From: a phage
Sequence record: PQ327946.1
DNA: 64,000 nucleotides
Direction: 5' to 3' (one strand)
In this document: piece by piece, positions 9,634-19,900 of the stretch
How positions within the stretch are numbered: position 1 is the stretch's first letter
Layout: each line of letters begins with the position of its first letter
Position numbers and translations under genes: made by a program
Notes under the pieces: model-generated
Told to the model about the DNA's origin: nothing
What the model saw: the letters and a program-made list of their open reading frames with translations, nothing else
Databases searched by the model: none

Positions 9634-9636
9634 GCT

Positions 9637-10014
9637 TTAATTACCAATTGTATATTTTGCTTTCAAAGTCCAGTCATCTTTCTGTTTAAAAGAGATAACA
9701 CGGAAGTTATTAGTCAGGCCAAACAGATCTTCACGAGCAGAGTCTTCAATAACAATCAATCCCCATTCTTCAAGCAACTGAGCAATCGAATCACGTCGCT
9801 GATAGTCTTCACCGTCAATATCAACCTGACGTCCGTCCATACGCAACATTTCTTTAAAGTGGACGATATAGTACTTACCTTGCTTTTGGAGGATATGACA
9901 AGACTGGTAAAGGACTTTATCTTTGTTATTAGCGATGCCCATACGAGTCAGAGTCTCTTTGACTTTCAGAAAATCTTCAGGGTTCTTCAATTTAATTTCA
10001 ATCATTTTTACCAT
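9637..10014 (-). CDS. regA: Translational repressor RegA
   Basis: 125 aa; synteny between 43 and 62; sequence resembles T4 RegA. Confidence 0.85.
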   Translation of the reverse strand: MVKMIEIKLKNPEDFLKVKETLTRMGIANNKDKVLYQSCHILQKQGKYYIVHFKEMLRMDGRQVDIDGEDYQRRDSIAQLLEEWGLIVIEDSAREDLFGLTNNFRVISFKQKDDWTLKAKYTIGN

Positions 10015-10571
10015 TCCAATGCTAATTTTTTAAATTGTTTTTGTTCTTTCACATTTTTTGTAACTTCTTTGAGAAACTCATCAGTGACCATGGCCTTCAG
10101 TTCTTTAAGGACTATTGGCAACTTGTTATTTTTTTCAAGGAGCCGCTTATACTCAGTAGCATCATTCATGTTGATTGTGTAATGTTTCATCAACAGTTTG
10201 ATAACTAGTAACTCTGAAGTGTCTTCGACTAGTTTAGCCCATTTAGAGAATCGACGACCACGTGGAATTGCCGCCATCATATAGTTGAAGTGCGCTTCAT
10301 CACTTAATTCAGAACCGACTAAGTTCATCATGTAAACGGCTGGCATACATTCTGGAAACTGGGATAATGAGTTCTCAACCATAAATTTTGAGTAGTCGAC
10401 CTGAGCAATTGACATAGATTTCTTTTCATTAATAGCATTAATGATTTTAAAGAATTCATTCTCAGGTTTTTCTTTAAACATATCAGCACATTTTTGAATC
10501 GCATCAGCGTCATTAGACTTCCATGCAATTTGGTGCTCGTTAAGCCGGACGTCATCATCGAATAAGTTCAT
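10008..10571 (-). CDS. 62: Clamp loader small subunit
   Basis: 187 aa, same length as T4 gp62; between 44 and regA. Confidence 0.85.
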   Translation of the reverse strand: MNLFDDDVRLNEHQIAWKSNDADAIQKCADMFKEKPENEFFKIINAINEKKSMSIAQVDYSKFMVENSLSQFPECMPAVYMMNLVGSELSDEAHFNYMMAAIPRGRRFSKWAKLVEDTSELLVIKLLMKHYTINMNDATEYKRLLEKNNKLPIVLKELKAMVTDEFLKEVTKNVKEQKQFKKLALEW

Positions 10572-10572
10572 A

Positions 10573-11535
10573 TTATTTCCAAGTCAGTTCGCAGGTCAGT
10601 TGAAGAAGCATATACATAACATGTAATTCAATATTACTTGCTAATCCATGAAACTTATTGTTTTCGCCTGCAATTTCATAAAGCGAAATAATACTTTTAC
10701 CAGGTGCAACTTGGTCATAACATTCTGAAACTAATTTATCGATGAACCATGAATAATCTGCGGCATATTTTGGAGCTAATGCACGAAGCTGTTTGATATC
10801 TTTGTTCTTCATTGCTTCGATAACATCAGAGACTGTGCCACGGTCATTAGTTACGATAGACAAAATACCCGCATCAAGAACACCTTTAGACGAGTACTGG
10901 TCTAATTGACCAATTGTGCGACGAAAGTCTGGGAAGTTCTTTTTAACCAGAGCTGCAACAACTTTCATATCAGCGATTTCGATATTTTCATTCTTACAGA
11001 TTTCAACCATACGATGAATCATTTTCTTCATCATCGAGATTTTATCTTCTTCGGTTGGACGCCCGAATTCGATAACTCGACAACGACTACGTAATGGTTC
11101 AATAATTCCATCGATGTTGTTAGCAGTAATAATAATAGAACAGTTACTAGAGAATTCTTCCATGAATGTACGAAGGTGACGTTGTGATTCGGCGAGGCCA
11201 CTACGGTCAAATTCATCGATAACAATAACTTTCGGCTTGCCTTCCATTGAGACTGAACGAGCGAATGCGGTTAACGGTCCGCGTACAAAATCAATCTTAC
11301 AATCAGAACCGTTGACGAACATCATTTCAGCGTTGATATCATTACACAATGCTTTTGCTACGGTTGTTTTACCTGTACCAGGAGAAGGAGAGTGCAAAAT
11401 AATATGAGGAAGTTTTCCTTTAGATACTAAAGACTTGAATGTTTCATGGTCATACGCTGGCAGAATACATTCGTCAATGGAAGAAGGACGATATTTCTGT
11501 TCTAGAATGTGTTCTTTGTGATTGATAGTAATCAT
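10573..11535 (-). CDS. 44: Clamp loader ATPase subunit
   Basis: 320 aa; Walker A GTGKTT and Walker B VIVIDEFD. Confidence 0.9.
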   Translation of the reverse strand: MITINHKEHILEQKYRPSSIDECILPAYDHETFKSLVSKGKLPHIILHSPSPGTGKTTVAKALCNDINAEMMFVNGSDCKIDFVRGPLTAFARSVSMEGKPKVIVIDEFDRSGLAESQRHLRTFMEEFSSNCSIIITANNIDGIIEPLRSRCRVIEFGRPTEEDKISMMKKMIHRMVEICKNENIEIADMKVVAALVKKNFPDFRRTIGQLDQYSSKGVLDAGILSIVTNDRGTVSDVIEAMKNKDIKQLRALAPKYAADYSWFIDKLVSECYDQVAPGKSIISLYEIAGENNKFHGLASNIELHVMYMLLQLTCELTWK

Positions 11536-11610
11536 GTAATTTTCCTCATTATCATTAAACTGGAGGATTTCTCCTCCATAATAGTACTACATTAAACGTA
11601 AAGCTTTGAC

Positions 11611-12297
11611 TTAGAAGTCGTGAGTAGAATCGGCTTCCATCGCAATAACATAACTTACTTGAGGGCTTTCAAACTTGGCTGCAACTTTATCACCAGCTCC
11701 CCACAACATTACTTTATAATTACCCGGCTGAATTTTCATATTAGCCATATTGATTACGAAGTTAAAGTTGTTAGAACCATCATAATCGGTAAGAGTCAAA
11801 GAATACTTAGGACGAGTTAGTCCGGAATCTTCAACTTTATTATAGCCATTGATAACAATTTTACCATCTTTATTTGTAATAGCAATTGTATCAATCTGAA
11901 GACCACGTGAAACTCGAAGCAATTGTTGAAGGTCTTCAGCTTTAATTTCAGTAATCACAGAAGCCACTGGGAATTGAATTGGCTTATTAGGAAAAACAAT
12001 GGTGCTCTTGTCAGCGGCAGGCCAATAAACCGTGGAACGTGTATCTGCAATTTTAATATTGCCATCGGTGTGCATTGAAATTTCAGCATCATCAGACACT
12101 AGACTCAAAATGCTTAAGAAGCTATTCAAATCATAAAGTGCTACGTCAAAATCAATTTCATCAGAGATATTTGCTTCCGCATAAGTGGTGCCATTAACTG
12201 CACGAGTCATAATAAATTTACCTTGACTCAGCAGAATACCGGAGTTAATAGAGGCAAAGTTTTTCAGAATAGCGATAGTATCTTTAGACAGTTTCAT
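11611..12297 (-). CDS. 45: Sliding clamp
   Basis: 228 aa from ATG at 12297; MKLSKDTIAILKNF matches T4 gp45 start. Confidence 0.9.
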   Translation of the reverse strand: MKLSKDTIAILKNFASINSGILLSQGKFIMTRAVNGTTYAEANISDEIDFDVALYDLNSFLSILSLVSDDAEISMHTDGNIKIADTRSTVYWPAADKSTIVFPNKPIQFPVASVITEIKAEDLQQLLRVSRGLQIDTIAITNKDGKIVINGYNKVEDSGLTRPKYSLTLTDYDGSNNFNFVINMANMKIQPGNYKVMLWGAGDKVAAKFESPQVSYVIAMEADSTHDF

Positions 12298-12337
12298 TTT
12301 ATTTCCTTTCAAGACAATTCAAAGTTTAACAAATTTA

Positions 12338-12754
12338 TTATGCAGCAACCATTTGCTTTTTAATAGCTTCAGGCAGTGATTCAATATATTCTGGAATTTT
12401 AGAAGCAACAATTTCGCCAGCTGCAATTAGTTGTTCGTCGGCATCAACACAATAGAAATCTTCCAGACGTTCAGAACCATCTTTATCAAGAACGATTTTT
12501 CCGCCGGCTTCAATAGAATCTTTATAGTGCTTACGCATCAGATGAATCCACATATCAGATACATCATTATCAATAAAACCATAAATCATAAAACGAGTTT
12601 CTTGTGGCAAAGATTGGAGTTTTTTAGCACTTGCGTCATCACAATGCAGGACCCATGCTTTACGAACACGATTATGGTTATGTGGGTTAGCGTCAGTACG
12701 GATAGAAGTAACTTTCAGATCAGCAGCAGTGAAACCTTTAGCAGTAGTAAACAT
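12338..12754 (-). CDS. rpbA: RNA polymerase-binding protein RpbA-like (by synteny)
   Basis: 138 aa ORF in the position of T4 rpbA. Confidence 0.5.
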   Translation of the reverse strand: MFTTAKGFTAADLKVTSIRTDANPHNHNRVRKAWVLHCDDASAKKLQSLPQETRFMIYGFIDNDVSDMWIHLMRKHYKDSIEAGGKIVLDKDGSERLEDFYCVDADEQLIAAGEIVASKIPEYIESLPEAIKKQMVAA

Positions 12755-12766
12755 ATTATTTCTCTC

Positions 12767-12958
12767 TTATTCGTAGAAGTCGGTAACTGTCCATGCGGAA
12801 TTGCGATTAGACATTATTTTATTATACTCATCTTTAAAAGCAGATTTGAGCATTTGTTCGGTAACAATATGTTCTTCACCTGAAAACGTATTGGTCAAAA
12901 CATATTTTTTAATTTCAGGGACAACGAGAAGATGTTGCCCGGTTGAATACTCCGCCAT
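12767..12958 (-). CDS. 45.2: Small protein, 45.2-like
   Basis: 63 aa ORF in position of T4 45.2. Confidence 0.45.
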   Translation of the reverse strand: MAEYSTGQHLLVVPEIKKYVLTNTFSGEEHIVTEQMLKSAFKDEYNKIMSNRNSAWTVTDFYE

Positions 12959-12982
12959 TATAAATCTCCGTGTTTAAAGCAA

Positions 12983-12990
12983 TATAAATA
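12983..12990 (+). promoter_or_regulatory. Late promoter TATAAATA for the HNH endonuclease gene
   Basis: Exact TATAAATA on plus strand about 45 nt upstream of ATG 13036; SD AAGGA at about 13023. Confidence 0.5.
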
Positions 12991-13035
12991 GGTTTATCAA
13001 TTTATCTGTTGCTGTATCAAATAAGGATTTAGTAA

Positions 13036-13752
13036 ATGAATTATAACTCAATATACGAAAAGCTTATCGCCAATGCTAAATCAAGAAGTTTAGATGGTTA
13101 TACAGAACGTCATCACATTATACCACAATGTTTAGGTGGAAGTGATGATGCTTTAAACTTAGTAGACTTAACACCGGAAGAACATTATTTGGCACATCAA
13201 CTGTTGGTCAAAATCCATCCAGATAATGCCTCTTTAATATATGCCGCTCGTATGATGACAATATCATCTCCTAAAGCAGATAGAAGCAAAAACAAATTAT
13301 TTGGATGGCTTCGACGTAAGAATCAAGAAGTTCAAAAGAACAAAGAATTCACTGCTGAAACCCGTAAGAAAATGTCTGAAGCCGCTTTAAAGAGACCAAA
13401 GATTACCTGTCCACATTGTAATAAATCTGGATACGTTTCTAACATGCGTCGTTGGCATTTCGACAACTGTAAGCATGGACCCAACAAGTGTGTACATACT
13501 ATACCTGAATCACAAAAGCAAAAAATAAAAGACGGGTTAAAGAATGTGGTTCACACTATAGTCCAATGCCGGTATTGTAACATGGAAGGTATAAAGTGTG
13601 TTATAGCAGCACATGAAAAATTCTGTAAATCAAATCCCAATAGAAAGAAAAAAGAGGACAAGAAAATTCAGTGTCCTCATTGTGATAAAATAGGAATCCC
13701 TGCTAATATGTATCGTTGGCATTTTGATAATTGTAAACACAAGCCTCATTAA
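13036..13752 (+). CDS. HNH homing endonuclease with tandem C-terminal zinc-finger repeats
   Basis: 238 aa; HHIIPQCLGG ... EEHYLAHQ HNH motif; two repeats CPHC.K.G...NM.RWHFDNCKH; opposite strand to all neighbours. Confidence 0.75.
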   Translation: MNYNSIYEKLIANAKSRSLDGYTERHHIIPQCLGGSDDALNLVDLTPEEHYLAHQLLVKIHPDNASLIYAARMMTISSPKADRSKNKLFGWLRRKNQEVQKNKEFTAETRKKMSEAALKRPKITCPHCNKSGYVSNMRRWHFDNCKHGPNKCVHTIPESQKQKIKDGLKNVVHTIVQCRYCNMEGIKCVIAAHEKFCKSNPNRKKKEDKKIQCPHCDKIGIPANMYRWHFDNCKHKPH

Positions 13753-15437
13753 GAGGCTTTCATTACAGTAAATCGTCCAACTTTGCTCATTTGAAGATGT
13801 TGTCCATAACGTTGAGGGTCATGGTCTCTATGAGAGATAATGAACACGTTAGTATTTTGTAAACTGCCAAGGATGGTATCTATAGCCTTAACAGCCTCAG
13901 AATCAACAGCTCCATCAAAAACCTCATCAAGAATCAACGTGTTGATTTTAACACCAGAAACCTTTTCGGCAATATCTCGCCATGTAAACAACAATGCGAT
14001 ATCGATACGTGCCTTTTCACCTTGACTAAATGAAGCATAACTGAACTCTTCACGACCACGTGATTTTATAGATTCATTGAATTCTTCATCAATAGAAAAC
14101 ACGTAATCAGCTTCCATGATTTTAAGATAATGGTTAATCTGCTTGTTGAACAGAGGCACATATTTTTTAATGATAGCACCTTTAATACCAGAATCTTTTA
14201 ACATATCTGTGATAATACCACGATGGTATTTTTCAAGAACGATATCTGATTTTGTTTTAATGATTTTATCAAGTTCTTTTTGAAGCAAAGCTATCTCATC
14301 GGCATGGTCGATAAATTCTGCTGAGGCTTGTTCTATTGCGGCTTTAACTTTCTTAGCTTTATCAATAGTGGCAATCATTGCTTGTTTCTTGGTACGAATA
14401 TCAGATGCAAGGTCCTGTTTAGTCTTAACATTAGCTCTATATTCGTCCACTAGGACACTCAGATTATCTCTGTGACATGTAAGTTGCTCGAATGAGTGAT
14501 TACATTCGTGAAGCTTATCGGTAATCTTAGAGACAATAGGGTCACCCTGGTGCAACTGTGACGCACAAGTAGGACATGTGCCACCGTCATGATACATCTT
14601 AATAACTTTGTTATATGAGTCGATTTTAGATTTAATCAAGAATGCTTCTTGTCCGATCTTGTTGAATGCCTCAGTAGGGTCTTCATCAAGAACGATATTA
14701 AGTAGTCGCTCATTAGCTTCTTCGATTTCTGCTTTTAATGAACGAGCTTCTTTGGCTAGGTCATCATACATATTCTGTAGACGCGCTACATTATCACCAG
14801 ATAATTTCTTTTGACGTTCGATATTCTCGTTATAAATCTTAATTTGTTGGATAACACCATCTTTCTTGGCATCGAGAACTTGTCCCTGGGAATTAAGTTC
14901 TCGAACTTGAGACTTATTGATTTTATCCATTTCAGCGAGTGTGCCGACTTCTAAAAGGTCTTCGACAAGTTTTCTACGAGCAGGGGTGCTAAGAGCCATG
15001 AAAGGGGTATACCCTGCCGTCCCAAGCACAACGATTTGTTTAAAAGACGCGTATGACATTCCGATGCTACGTTCAAATTCTTCTTGGAAGTCACGACTGC
15101 TGGCAGATTCATCGAGACGAACACCGTCAACGGAGATTTCGAAAATATTGGGCTTTTGGCCACGTTTAATGAAGTATTTTTTACCATCGAATTCCATCCA
15201 AAGCTCAACTAAGAGCTCTTTCTTGTTCGTGCTATTAATGATTTGCCCTTTCTTAACATCACGAAATGGTTTACCGAAAAGTCCGAAAGTAATGGCTTCT
15301 AACATCGTAGATTTACCACCACCATTTTTACCAGTGATTAATGTCTTTTGGACTTTATCTAATTGGATGTCAATAGGATTCCCACCTACCGACATGATGT
15401 TTTGATAACGAACACGATTTAATTTAAATGATTTCAT
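13749..15437 (-). CDS. 46: Recombination nuclease subunit (SbcC/Rad50-like)
   Basis: 562 aa; Walker A GKNGGGKST, C-terminal ABC signature region; T4 gp46 is 560 aa. Confidence 0.9.
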   Translation of the reverse strand: MKSFKLNRVRYQNIMSVGGNPIDIQLDKVQKTLITGKNGGGKSTMLEAITFGLFGKPFRDVKKGQIINSTNKKELLVELWMEFDGKKYFIKRGQKPNIFEISVDGVRLDESASSRDFQEEFERSIGMSYASFKQIVVLGTAGYTPFMALSTPARRKLVEDLLEVGTLAEMDKINKSQVRELNSQGQVLDAKKDGVIQQIKIYNENIERQKKLSGDNVARLQNMYDDLAKEARSLKAEIEEANERLLNIVLDEDPTEAFNKIGQEAFLIKSKIDSYNKVIKMYHDGGTCPTCASQLHQGDPIVSKITDKLHECNHSFEQLTCHRDNLSVLVDEYRANVKTKQDLASDIRTKKQAMIATIDKAKKVKAAIEQASAEFIDHADEIALLQKELDKIIKTKSDIVLEKYHRGIITDMLKDSGIKGAIIKKYVPLFNKQINHYLKIMEADYVFSIDEEFNESIKSRGREEFSYASFSQGEKARIDIALLFTWRDIAEKVSGVKINTLILDEVFDGAVDSEAVKAIDTILGSLQNTNVFIISHRDHDPQRYGQHLQMSKVGRFTVMKAS

Positions 15438-15688
15438 ATGTATTCTCTTCGAATGAAGTCCTCTACATATTTTAACATGTCATCTCTATCAGCAAAATAT
15501 TCATCTAGTTCTGCATACATAACAACACCTGGTGCGTACTCACAGGTAACATACATTGTTCCAAAGAAACGAGGAGTTGATTCCTCGTAATTCTCAGTCC
15601 ATTCAACGATACCAATATAACCGTCACCAATACTAAATTCATGACGATGGATTTCATAATCAGTCTTCGTCATTATACGCGTCCTCAA
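15434..15688 (-). CDS. 46.1: Hypothetical small protein
   Basis: 84 aa ORF between 46 and 47. Confidence 0.45.
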   Translation of the reverse strand: MRTRIMTKTDYEIHRHEFSIGDGYIGIVEWTENYEESTPRFFGTMYVTCEYAPGVVMYAELDEYFADRDDMLKYVEDFIRREYI

Positions 15689-15917
15689 TACATGCTTCAG
15701 CCATTTTAAGAATAGAACCAGGAGTATCGTTGTCCATTATATTAAAGCTAAATTCAATAGCCCAGTCGGTGCAGACATGAACTGCTTTAACTTCATTGCC
15801 TTCAACGCGTAATGGCTCAATCCAATACTTGATAGCGTTCTCAAATCCATCATCGTCTTTAACGTCCATTTCAACTTCAAGTCCAAGCCCAGCATTGTTA
15901 AATTCATCTAAAGTCAT
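15660..15917 (-). CDS. 46.2: Hypothetical small acidic protein
   Basis: 85 aa ORF between 46 and 47. Confidence 0.45.
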   Translation of the reverse strand: MTLDEFNNAGLGLEVEMDVKDDDGFENAIKYWIEPLRVEGNEVKAVHVCTDWAIEFSFNIMDNDTPGSILKMAEACIEDAYNDED

Positions 15918-16933
15918 TGTGTTGCCTCAATATAAAGTTCGTTGGAATATTTGACCAGCGCTTCTCTGTCTTCGTCTGAGATATCTGGAATCGCGTCAAT
16001 ATATTCTTTAATGATATCTTGAAGTGATTTAATCTCGATTTCCTGGTCGTCATCAGATTCAACACTGTTATCAACTTTAGAAACCATACGAAGAGAGTGA
16101 ACTACTTTTTCAAGTTCAGATTCAAACTTAGTCAACTCTGAATCAATTTCTGATACTATAACACGTATGGCTAGATTAGTATAATCAGAATAATTGATTT
16201 TGCCTTTAAACGGATAAGTGATTCGTCGATGCCATGTTGTTTCATTAGGAATAAATTCCATACGTTCAACATCAGTGTCAAATACCCAGAATCCGCGTGG
16301 GTCGTTCTCATCACCTGCAGTAAGTGTCCACGGTGTCCCAATATATTTGACGTTAGCAGCTTCAGAGATTGTGTGGAAGTGGCCGGACCAGACTTGTTTA
16401 TAGGTCTTTAAGAAATCAGGTTCAAGCCCATGAGACTTCATTCCTTTATAGAAATAAAAGCCGTTCAGTTCCCAGTGACCAACACAATACGCCGCGGAAG
16501 AAGTCTTGATGTGCTCTAAGATTTCACCTGTATTTTCTTCACACATCCATGGAATGATATCAATCAGACATCCGTCAAAATCTACAGTAGTTGGATGTTC
16601 GTAAATAGTAAAGTTTTCAAATTGAGTTAACAATTCAGAAACAGTGTTAGGTGTTATTGTATTCTTAAACGCCATGTCATGGTTTCCTATCGTGACATGA
16701 ACGTGAATGCCTGCTTTAGAAATCATATCAACGATTTCACGATTGAATTCCATCGTACGATGTGTAATTGCTTTACGGACGTCAAACCAATCACCGTACT
16801 GAATCCAAGTTTTAATCCCGTGTTTCTTAGAGTATTCAATTGCTTGACGAATACCATCACGTTGAATATCTTGAACCCATGGGTCGTCTTGTTTGACTCC
16901 GATATGGAAGTCGCCTAAGTGCAAAATTTTCAT
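15914..16933 (-). CDS. 47: Recombination nuclease subunit (SbcD/Mre11-like phosphoesterase)
   Basis: 339 aa; calcineurin-like motifs GDFH, GNHD. Confidence 0.9.
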   Translation of the reverse strand: MKILHLGDFHIGVKQDDPWVQDIQRDGIRQAIEYSKKHGIKTWIQYGDWFDVRKAITHRTMEFNREIVDMISKAGIHVHVTIGNHDMAFKNTITPNTVSELLTQFENFTIYEHPTTVDFDGCLIDIIPWMCEENTGEILEHIKTSSAAYCVGHWELNGFYFYKGMKSHGLEPDFLKTYKQVWSGHFHTISEAANVKYIGTPWTLTAGDENDPRGFWVFDTDVERMEFIPNETTWHRRITYPFKGKINYSDYTNLAIRVIVSEIDSELTKFESELEKVVHSLRMVSKVDNSVESDDDQEIEIKSLQDIIKEYIDAIPDISDEDREALVKYSNELYIEATQ

Positions 16934-17215
16934 ATTATTTCCTCATTAGTTAATTCATTCTATCATCCGTTTATAAAGCAAAAAAGGAACTCCGAAGAGT
17001 TCCTATCCACATAGTACACCGTACAGAGGCTCATTTGAACTTTTAAATCGAATGGGCTTGTATGTAATAGTTCCTTCGGCTTTAGCTTTATCATAAGACT
17101 CTTTAAAACGTCTCATTCTTTCTGCTTTGCCTTTACGGATTTTATCGAAATTTTCAGAAGTCTGGGTGTTCGTCATGCATAATCACCTCTCAGAAAATAC
17201 CTAAATCGATTTCTC

Positions 17216-17437
17216 TCATCGTTTCCACCATTTCTTAACTTGAAATGAATCAACCCACACGAGTTGTTTTGGGTCTGCCTTTACAATAGGTGGACAAATT
17301 TCTGTAATAGAACTGTCGTGATATTCCTTTTCAGAGATTTTAACACAAAGAGGACCTCCCAATTTAATGGAGAATCCTGCGTTCAGATTAAGACGTTTAA
17401 ACTTTGTTTGAACTAGCGCCATTAATGATGTCCTCAA
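17216..17437 (-). CDS. Hypothetical protein (alpha-gt slot)
   Basis: 73 aa ORF. Confidence 0.3.
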   Translation of the reverse strand: MRTSLMALVQTKFKRLNLNAGFSIKLGGPLCVKISEKEYHDSSITEICPPIVKADPKQLVWVDSFQVKKWWKR

Positions 17438-17720
17438 TAGCCTGACGAGTAGTAATCCACTGGATTTTAATTAACTTGTCATTATATGGTTGTCGTAGAA
17501 TATCCCGAGATTTCTTAATAGCATATTCATAAGCTTCGAAGTTGTTTTGAATTGCTGCTTCTTGAGCATGAGCATAAAGACGGTTTAGTTCAAAACGATT
17601 CTTTTTAAGAATCTTTTCGGATTTTTTACGTGCTTCAGCTTCATTTTTCTTTTGGATTTCTTGTAGCATTTTAGCTACTGCATCTTCTGCTTCTTTATTT
17701 TCAATAATCTCGGTAGTCAT
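17397..17720 (-). CDS. Hypothetical protein (alpha-gt slot)
   Basis: 107 aa ORF, charged/helical. Confidence 0.4.
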   Translation of the reverse strand: MTTEIIENKEAEDAVAKMLQEIQKKNEAEARKKSEKILKKNRFELNRLYAHAQEAAIQNNFEAYEYAIKKSRDILRQPYNDKLIKIQWITTRQAIEDIINGASSNKV

Positions 17721-17721
17721 A

Positions 17722-17931
17722 TTATCTCATTAAATTAAAATAAAAACGTCCATCCTCTTCAATACAGAACTCATACTCAACCGGAGTCCCATTTATCGAA
17801 AATGACACGTCATGTGGGTTCAAAGGGTCGATGTCAAAATTAATTTTAAATTCACGACCCAACAGTTTTACCAAATAAGGGATTGCTTCGTCAAAAGGTT
17901 CTTCTAAGTAGTTAGAGATGTCAATTGTCAT
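17722..17931 (-). CDS. Hypothetical protein (alpha-gt slot)
   Basis: ORF trimmed to ATG at 17931, just after gp55 stop. Confidence 0.4.
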   Translation of the reverse strand: MTIDISNYLEEPFDEAIPYLVKLLGREFKINFDIDPLNPHDVSFSINGTPVEYEFCIEEDGRFYFNLMR

Positions 17932-18496
17932 CCTCATATAAAAAATCCAAACTAGGCGAATCGCTAACAACTTCCTTCTTTTCAGCCCCAGGAGCTTTAT
18001 AAGCGGATTCTTCATAATGCGTCATTTTATCGTAGATGTCTTGAATAAACGTTTCATCTACCAACGCTACCATATCATCGTCATGACTGTCGTAGACATT
18101 ATGAACGAAGTAACTATATTTCTTTGCAACTTCCTTACGTTCTTTTTTGATACGTTGGACAAAAGCATTAAAACAAGCTCGAGTTATGTATGCATGTGGG
18201 TTATTGTACTTAGTTTCGTCGAAATTATGAAGTCCCTTAATAGAGGCTTCAATCCCATCTGCAATCATCTCCTGCTTCCAAGACTGGGTATATCCTGAAA
18301 AGTTGAAACGTTTGGACAGGCCTTCGGCGATAAGCATAATTGCTAAACCGATGGTATCATTCTGACGAATAATTTTGTTTGGGTCTTTATTATTTAAGAG
18401 CTCCTTTTTCCACTCGATTATAGCGGCGAGAAGCTCTTTATTATTCACATAGTTATTTTTAGGTTTTTGTTCAGTCATAAGTACCTCTTGGCTCAA
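17921..18496 (-). CDS. 55: Late-transcription sigma factor
   Basis: 191 aa; sequence closely resembles T4 gp55 as I recall it. Confidence 0.85.
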   Translation of the reverse strand: MSQEVLMTEQKPKNNYVNNKELLAAIIEWKKELLNNKDPNKIIRQNDTIGLAIMLIAEGLSKRFNFSGYTQSWKQEMIADGIEASIKGLHNFDETKYNNPHAYITRACFNAFVQRIKKERKEVAKKYSYFVHNVYDSHDDDMVALVDETFIQDIYDKMTHYEESAYKAPGAEKKEVVSDSPSLDFLYEDDN

Positions 18497-18633
18497 TTCA
18501 TAGGTCTATTATATCATAATATTTAGAGACCTATCTTAAAGCACGAGATACTATCAAAGATACGTAACTTTCATAAAGTTGTCGACTTAAAATTCACCAA
18601 ACTTTTCTTCGGTTATAGCGATTCAAGATAGTT

Positions 18634-18861
18634 TCATTCTATTTCCTTTGCTGCAAATAAGGCAGCATCCAACGAATCAAATTGGTCAACGAAATCAATA
18701 TTCAACGCATCGTCAACCGTAGCATATAACCACCATTGTTTGAATTCGTATTCAAGAATAAATCCGGGACCTTCAATCTGAGGAAGACCTAGGCTATTTG
18801 TACCAACTTCGTAACCAGCTAGACGCAGGTCATTAATCAAAGTTTCTGTTAATACGCTCAT
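18634..18861 (-). CDS. Hypothetical protein
   Basis: 75 aa ORF. Confidence 0.4.
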   Translation of the reverse strand: MSVLTETLINDLRLAGYEVGTNSLGLPQIEGPGFILEYEFKQWWLYATVDDALNIDFVDQFDSLDAALFAAKEIE

Positions 18862-19190
18862 TTTACCGCCTTAACAATTTTCAAGTCAGCGAATTTTTTC
18901 TTACGTTGATTTTTCATACGACGGATAGTTTTTTCAGAGATTTCATGTTTCTGATAAGCTTTAGATTCAACACCAAATGCAGCAACGTCAAATTCAGAAA
19001 GAATATATTGTACTAGAATTTCGCGAATAGAATTACGTCCAATTTTCTGGTCGTGTTTTTGCATGATTTCATAAAGACGGAATTCCCACGCGTCAAGAAC
19101 TTGAGGAGTAACAATATTGCCGGATTCAAGAAGAGCAACAACTTTATCGAAAGCGAAAGAATTAACTACGTTTTTGATTTTAGTAGACAT
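18858..19190 (-). CDS. Hypothetical protein
   Basis: ATG at 19190 with SD GAGGAAA; longer track ORF begins with TTG inside promoter. Confidence 0.45.
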   Translation of the reverse strand: MSTKIKNVVNSFAFDKVVALLESGNIVTPQVLDAWEFRLYEIMQKHDQKIGRNSIREILVQYILSEFDVAAFGVESKAYQKHEISEKTIRRMKNQRKKKFADLKIVKAVK

Positions 19191-19208
19191 ATTATTTTCC
19201 TCGGTTAT

Positions 19209-19255
19209 TTTATTATCCAATGATAGAATTATACTCTGCTCTCAAGAGTTTGTAT
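19209..19255. repeat. 47-nt promoter/stem-loop cassette repeat, copy A
   Basis: 45 of 47 nt identical to 48662..48708. Confidence 0.7.
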
Positions 19256-19256
19256 A
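19228..19256 (-). promoter_or_regulatory. Early promoter (TATACA-N17-TATAAT) with inverted repeat around -10
   Basis: Minus strand TATACA, 17 nt, TATAAT; part of 47-nt repeat shared with 48662..48708. Confidence 0.55.
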
Positions 19257-19258
19257 CT

Positions 19259-19498
19259 CTATTTTTTAAGCATGAAAAGTAAGTAATTTGTATCACGTGG
19301 AGTAATATCAACACCCATATCAAAGATGCCTTTATAGATTGGGTATTTGTTTTCGGTTGTATCGAAGCTGAAACTATTTCCATCACATCTAACAGTAATA
19401 GCATCTGTTAAAATGTCATACTCAATCCTAACAATTGAATCCCCAATTTTAACGTCGAGGTGTTTTTTGAATTTGATAAAATCTAATTCTTGTTCCAT
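19259..19498 (-). CDS. Hypothetical protein
   Basis: 79 aa ORF. Confidence 0.4.
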   Translation of the reverse strand: MEQELDFIKFKKHLDVKIGDSIVRIEYDILTDAITVRCDGNSFSFDTTENKYPIYKGIFDMGVDITPRDTNYLLFMLKK

Positions 19499-19561
19499 GA
19501 TATTTTCCTCATTTTAAGACGATAGGAAGATAATAACATGTCTTCCTATCGTTGTACATTA

Positions 19562-19774
19562 TTAACCGAACTTTTTAGCGCCTTTCCAGCCTTCGTACAT
19601 AACTGCGCAAGTCAGTAGTACAGCGTGCTGGCATTCTTTGTATTTGTAAATCCAGAACCAACGTAAAAAGTCTTCATCATCAACACCGTTGAGTTTCATA
19701 TTGGCAAAGAATTCGGCACGTTCTTCACGAAGTTGCCATGACACAATATTTTCAGGATTCATTTTGTGTTCCAC
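19562..19774 (-). CDS. Hypothetical protein
   Basis: 70 aa ORF. Confidence 0.4.
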   Translation of the reverse strand: MEHKMNPENIVSWQLREERAEFFANMKLNGVDDEDFLRWFWIYKYKECQHAVLLTCAVMYEGWKGAKKFG

Positions 19775-19893
19775 GCCCCATTTTCATCGATGAACTTAAT
19801 CCAGTCATTTACAGACCATTTAGTTGTATCACCCTTTGGATTAGCATTTAAAGTATATAATCCCTGCTTAAAAAGCATTCGTTTGATATTCAT
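19759..19893 (-). CDS. Hypothetical small protein
   Basis: ATG at 19893 preceded by SD GAGGAAA; 44 aa. Confidence 0.35.
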   Translation of the reverse strand: MNIKRMLFKQGLYTLNANPKGDTTKWSVNDWIKFIDENGAWNTK

Positions 19894-19900
19894 AATTTCC

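Noticed and set aside
10328-10558. 76-aa minus-strand ORF overlapping gene 62 in another frame
   Set aside because: Fully contained in gene 62; alternate-frame artefact
14917-15405. 162-aa plus-strand ORF inside gene 46
   Set aside because: Antisense to a well-supported gene; serine/leucine-rich
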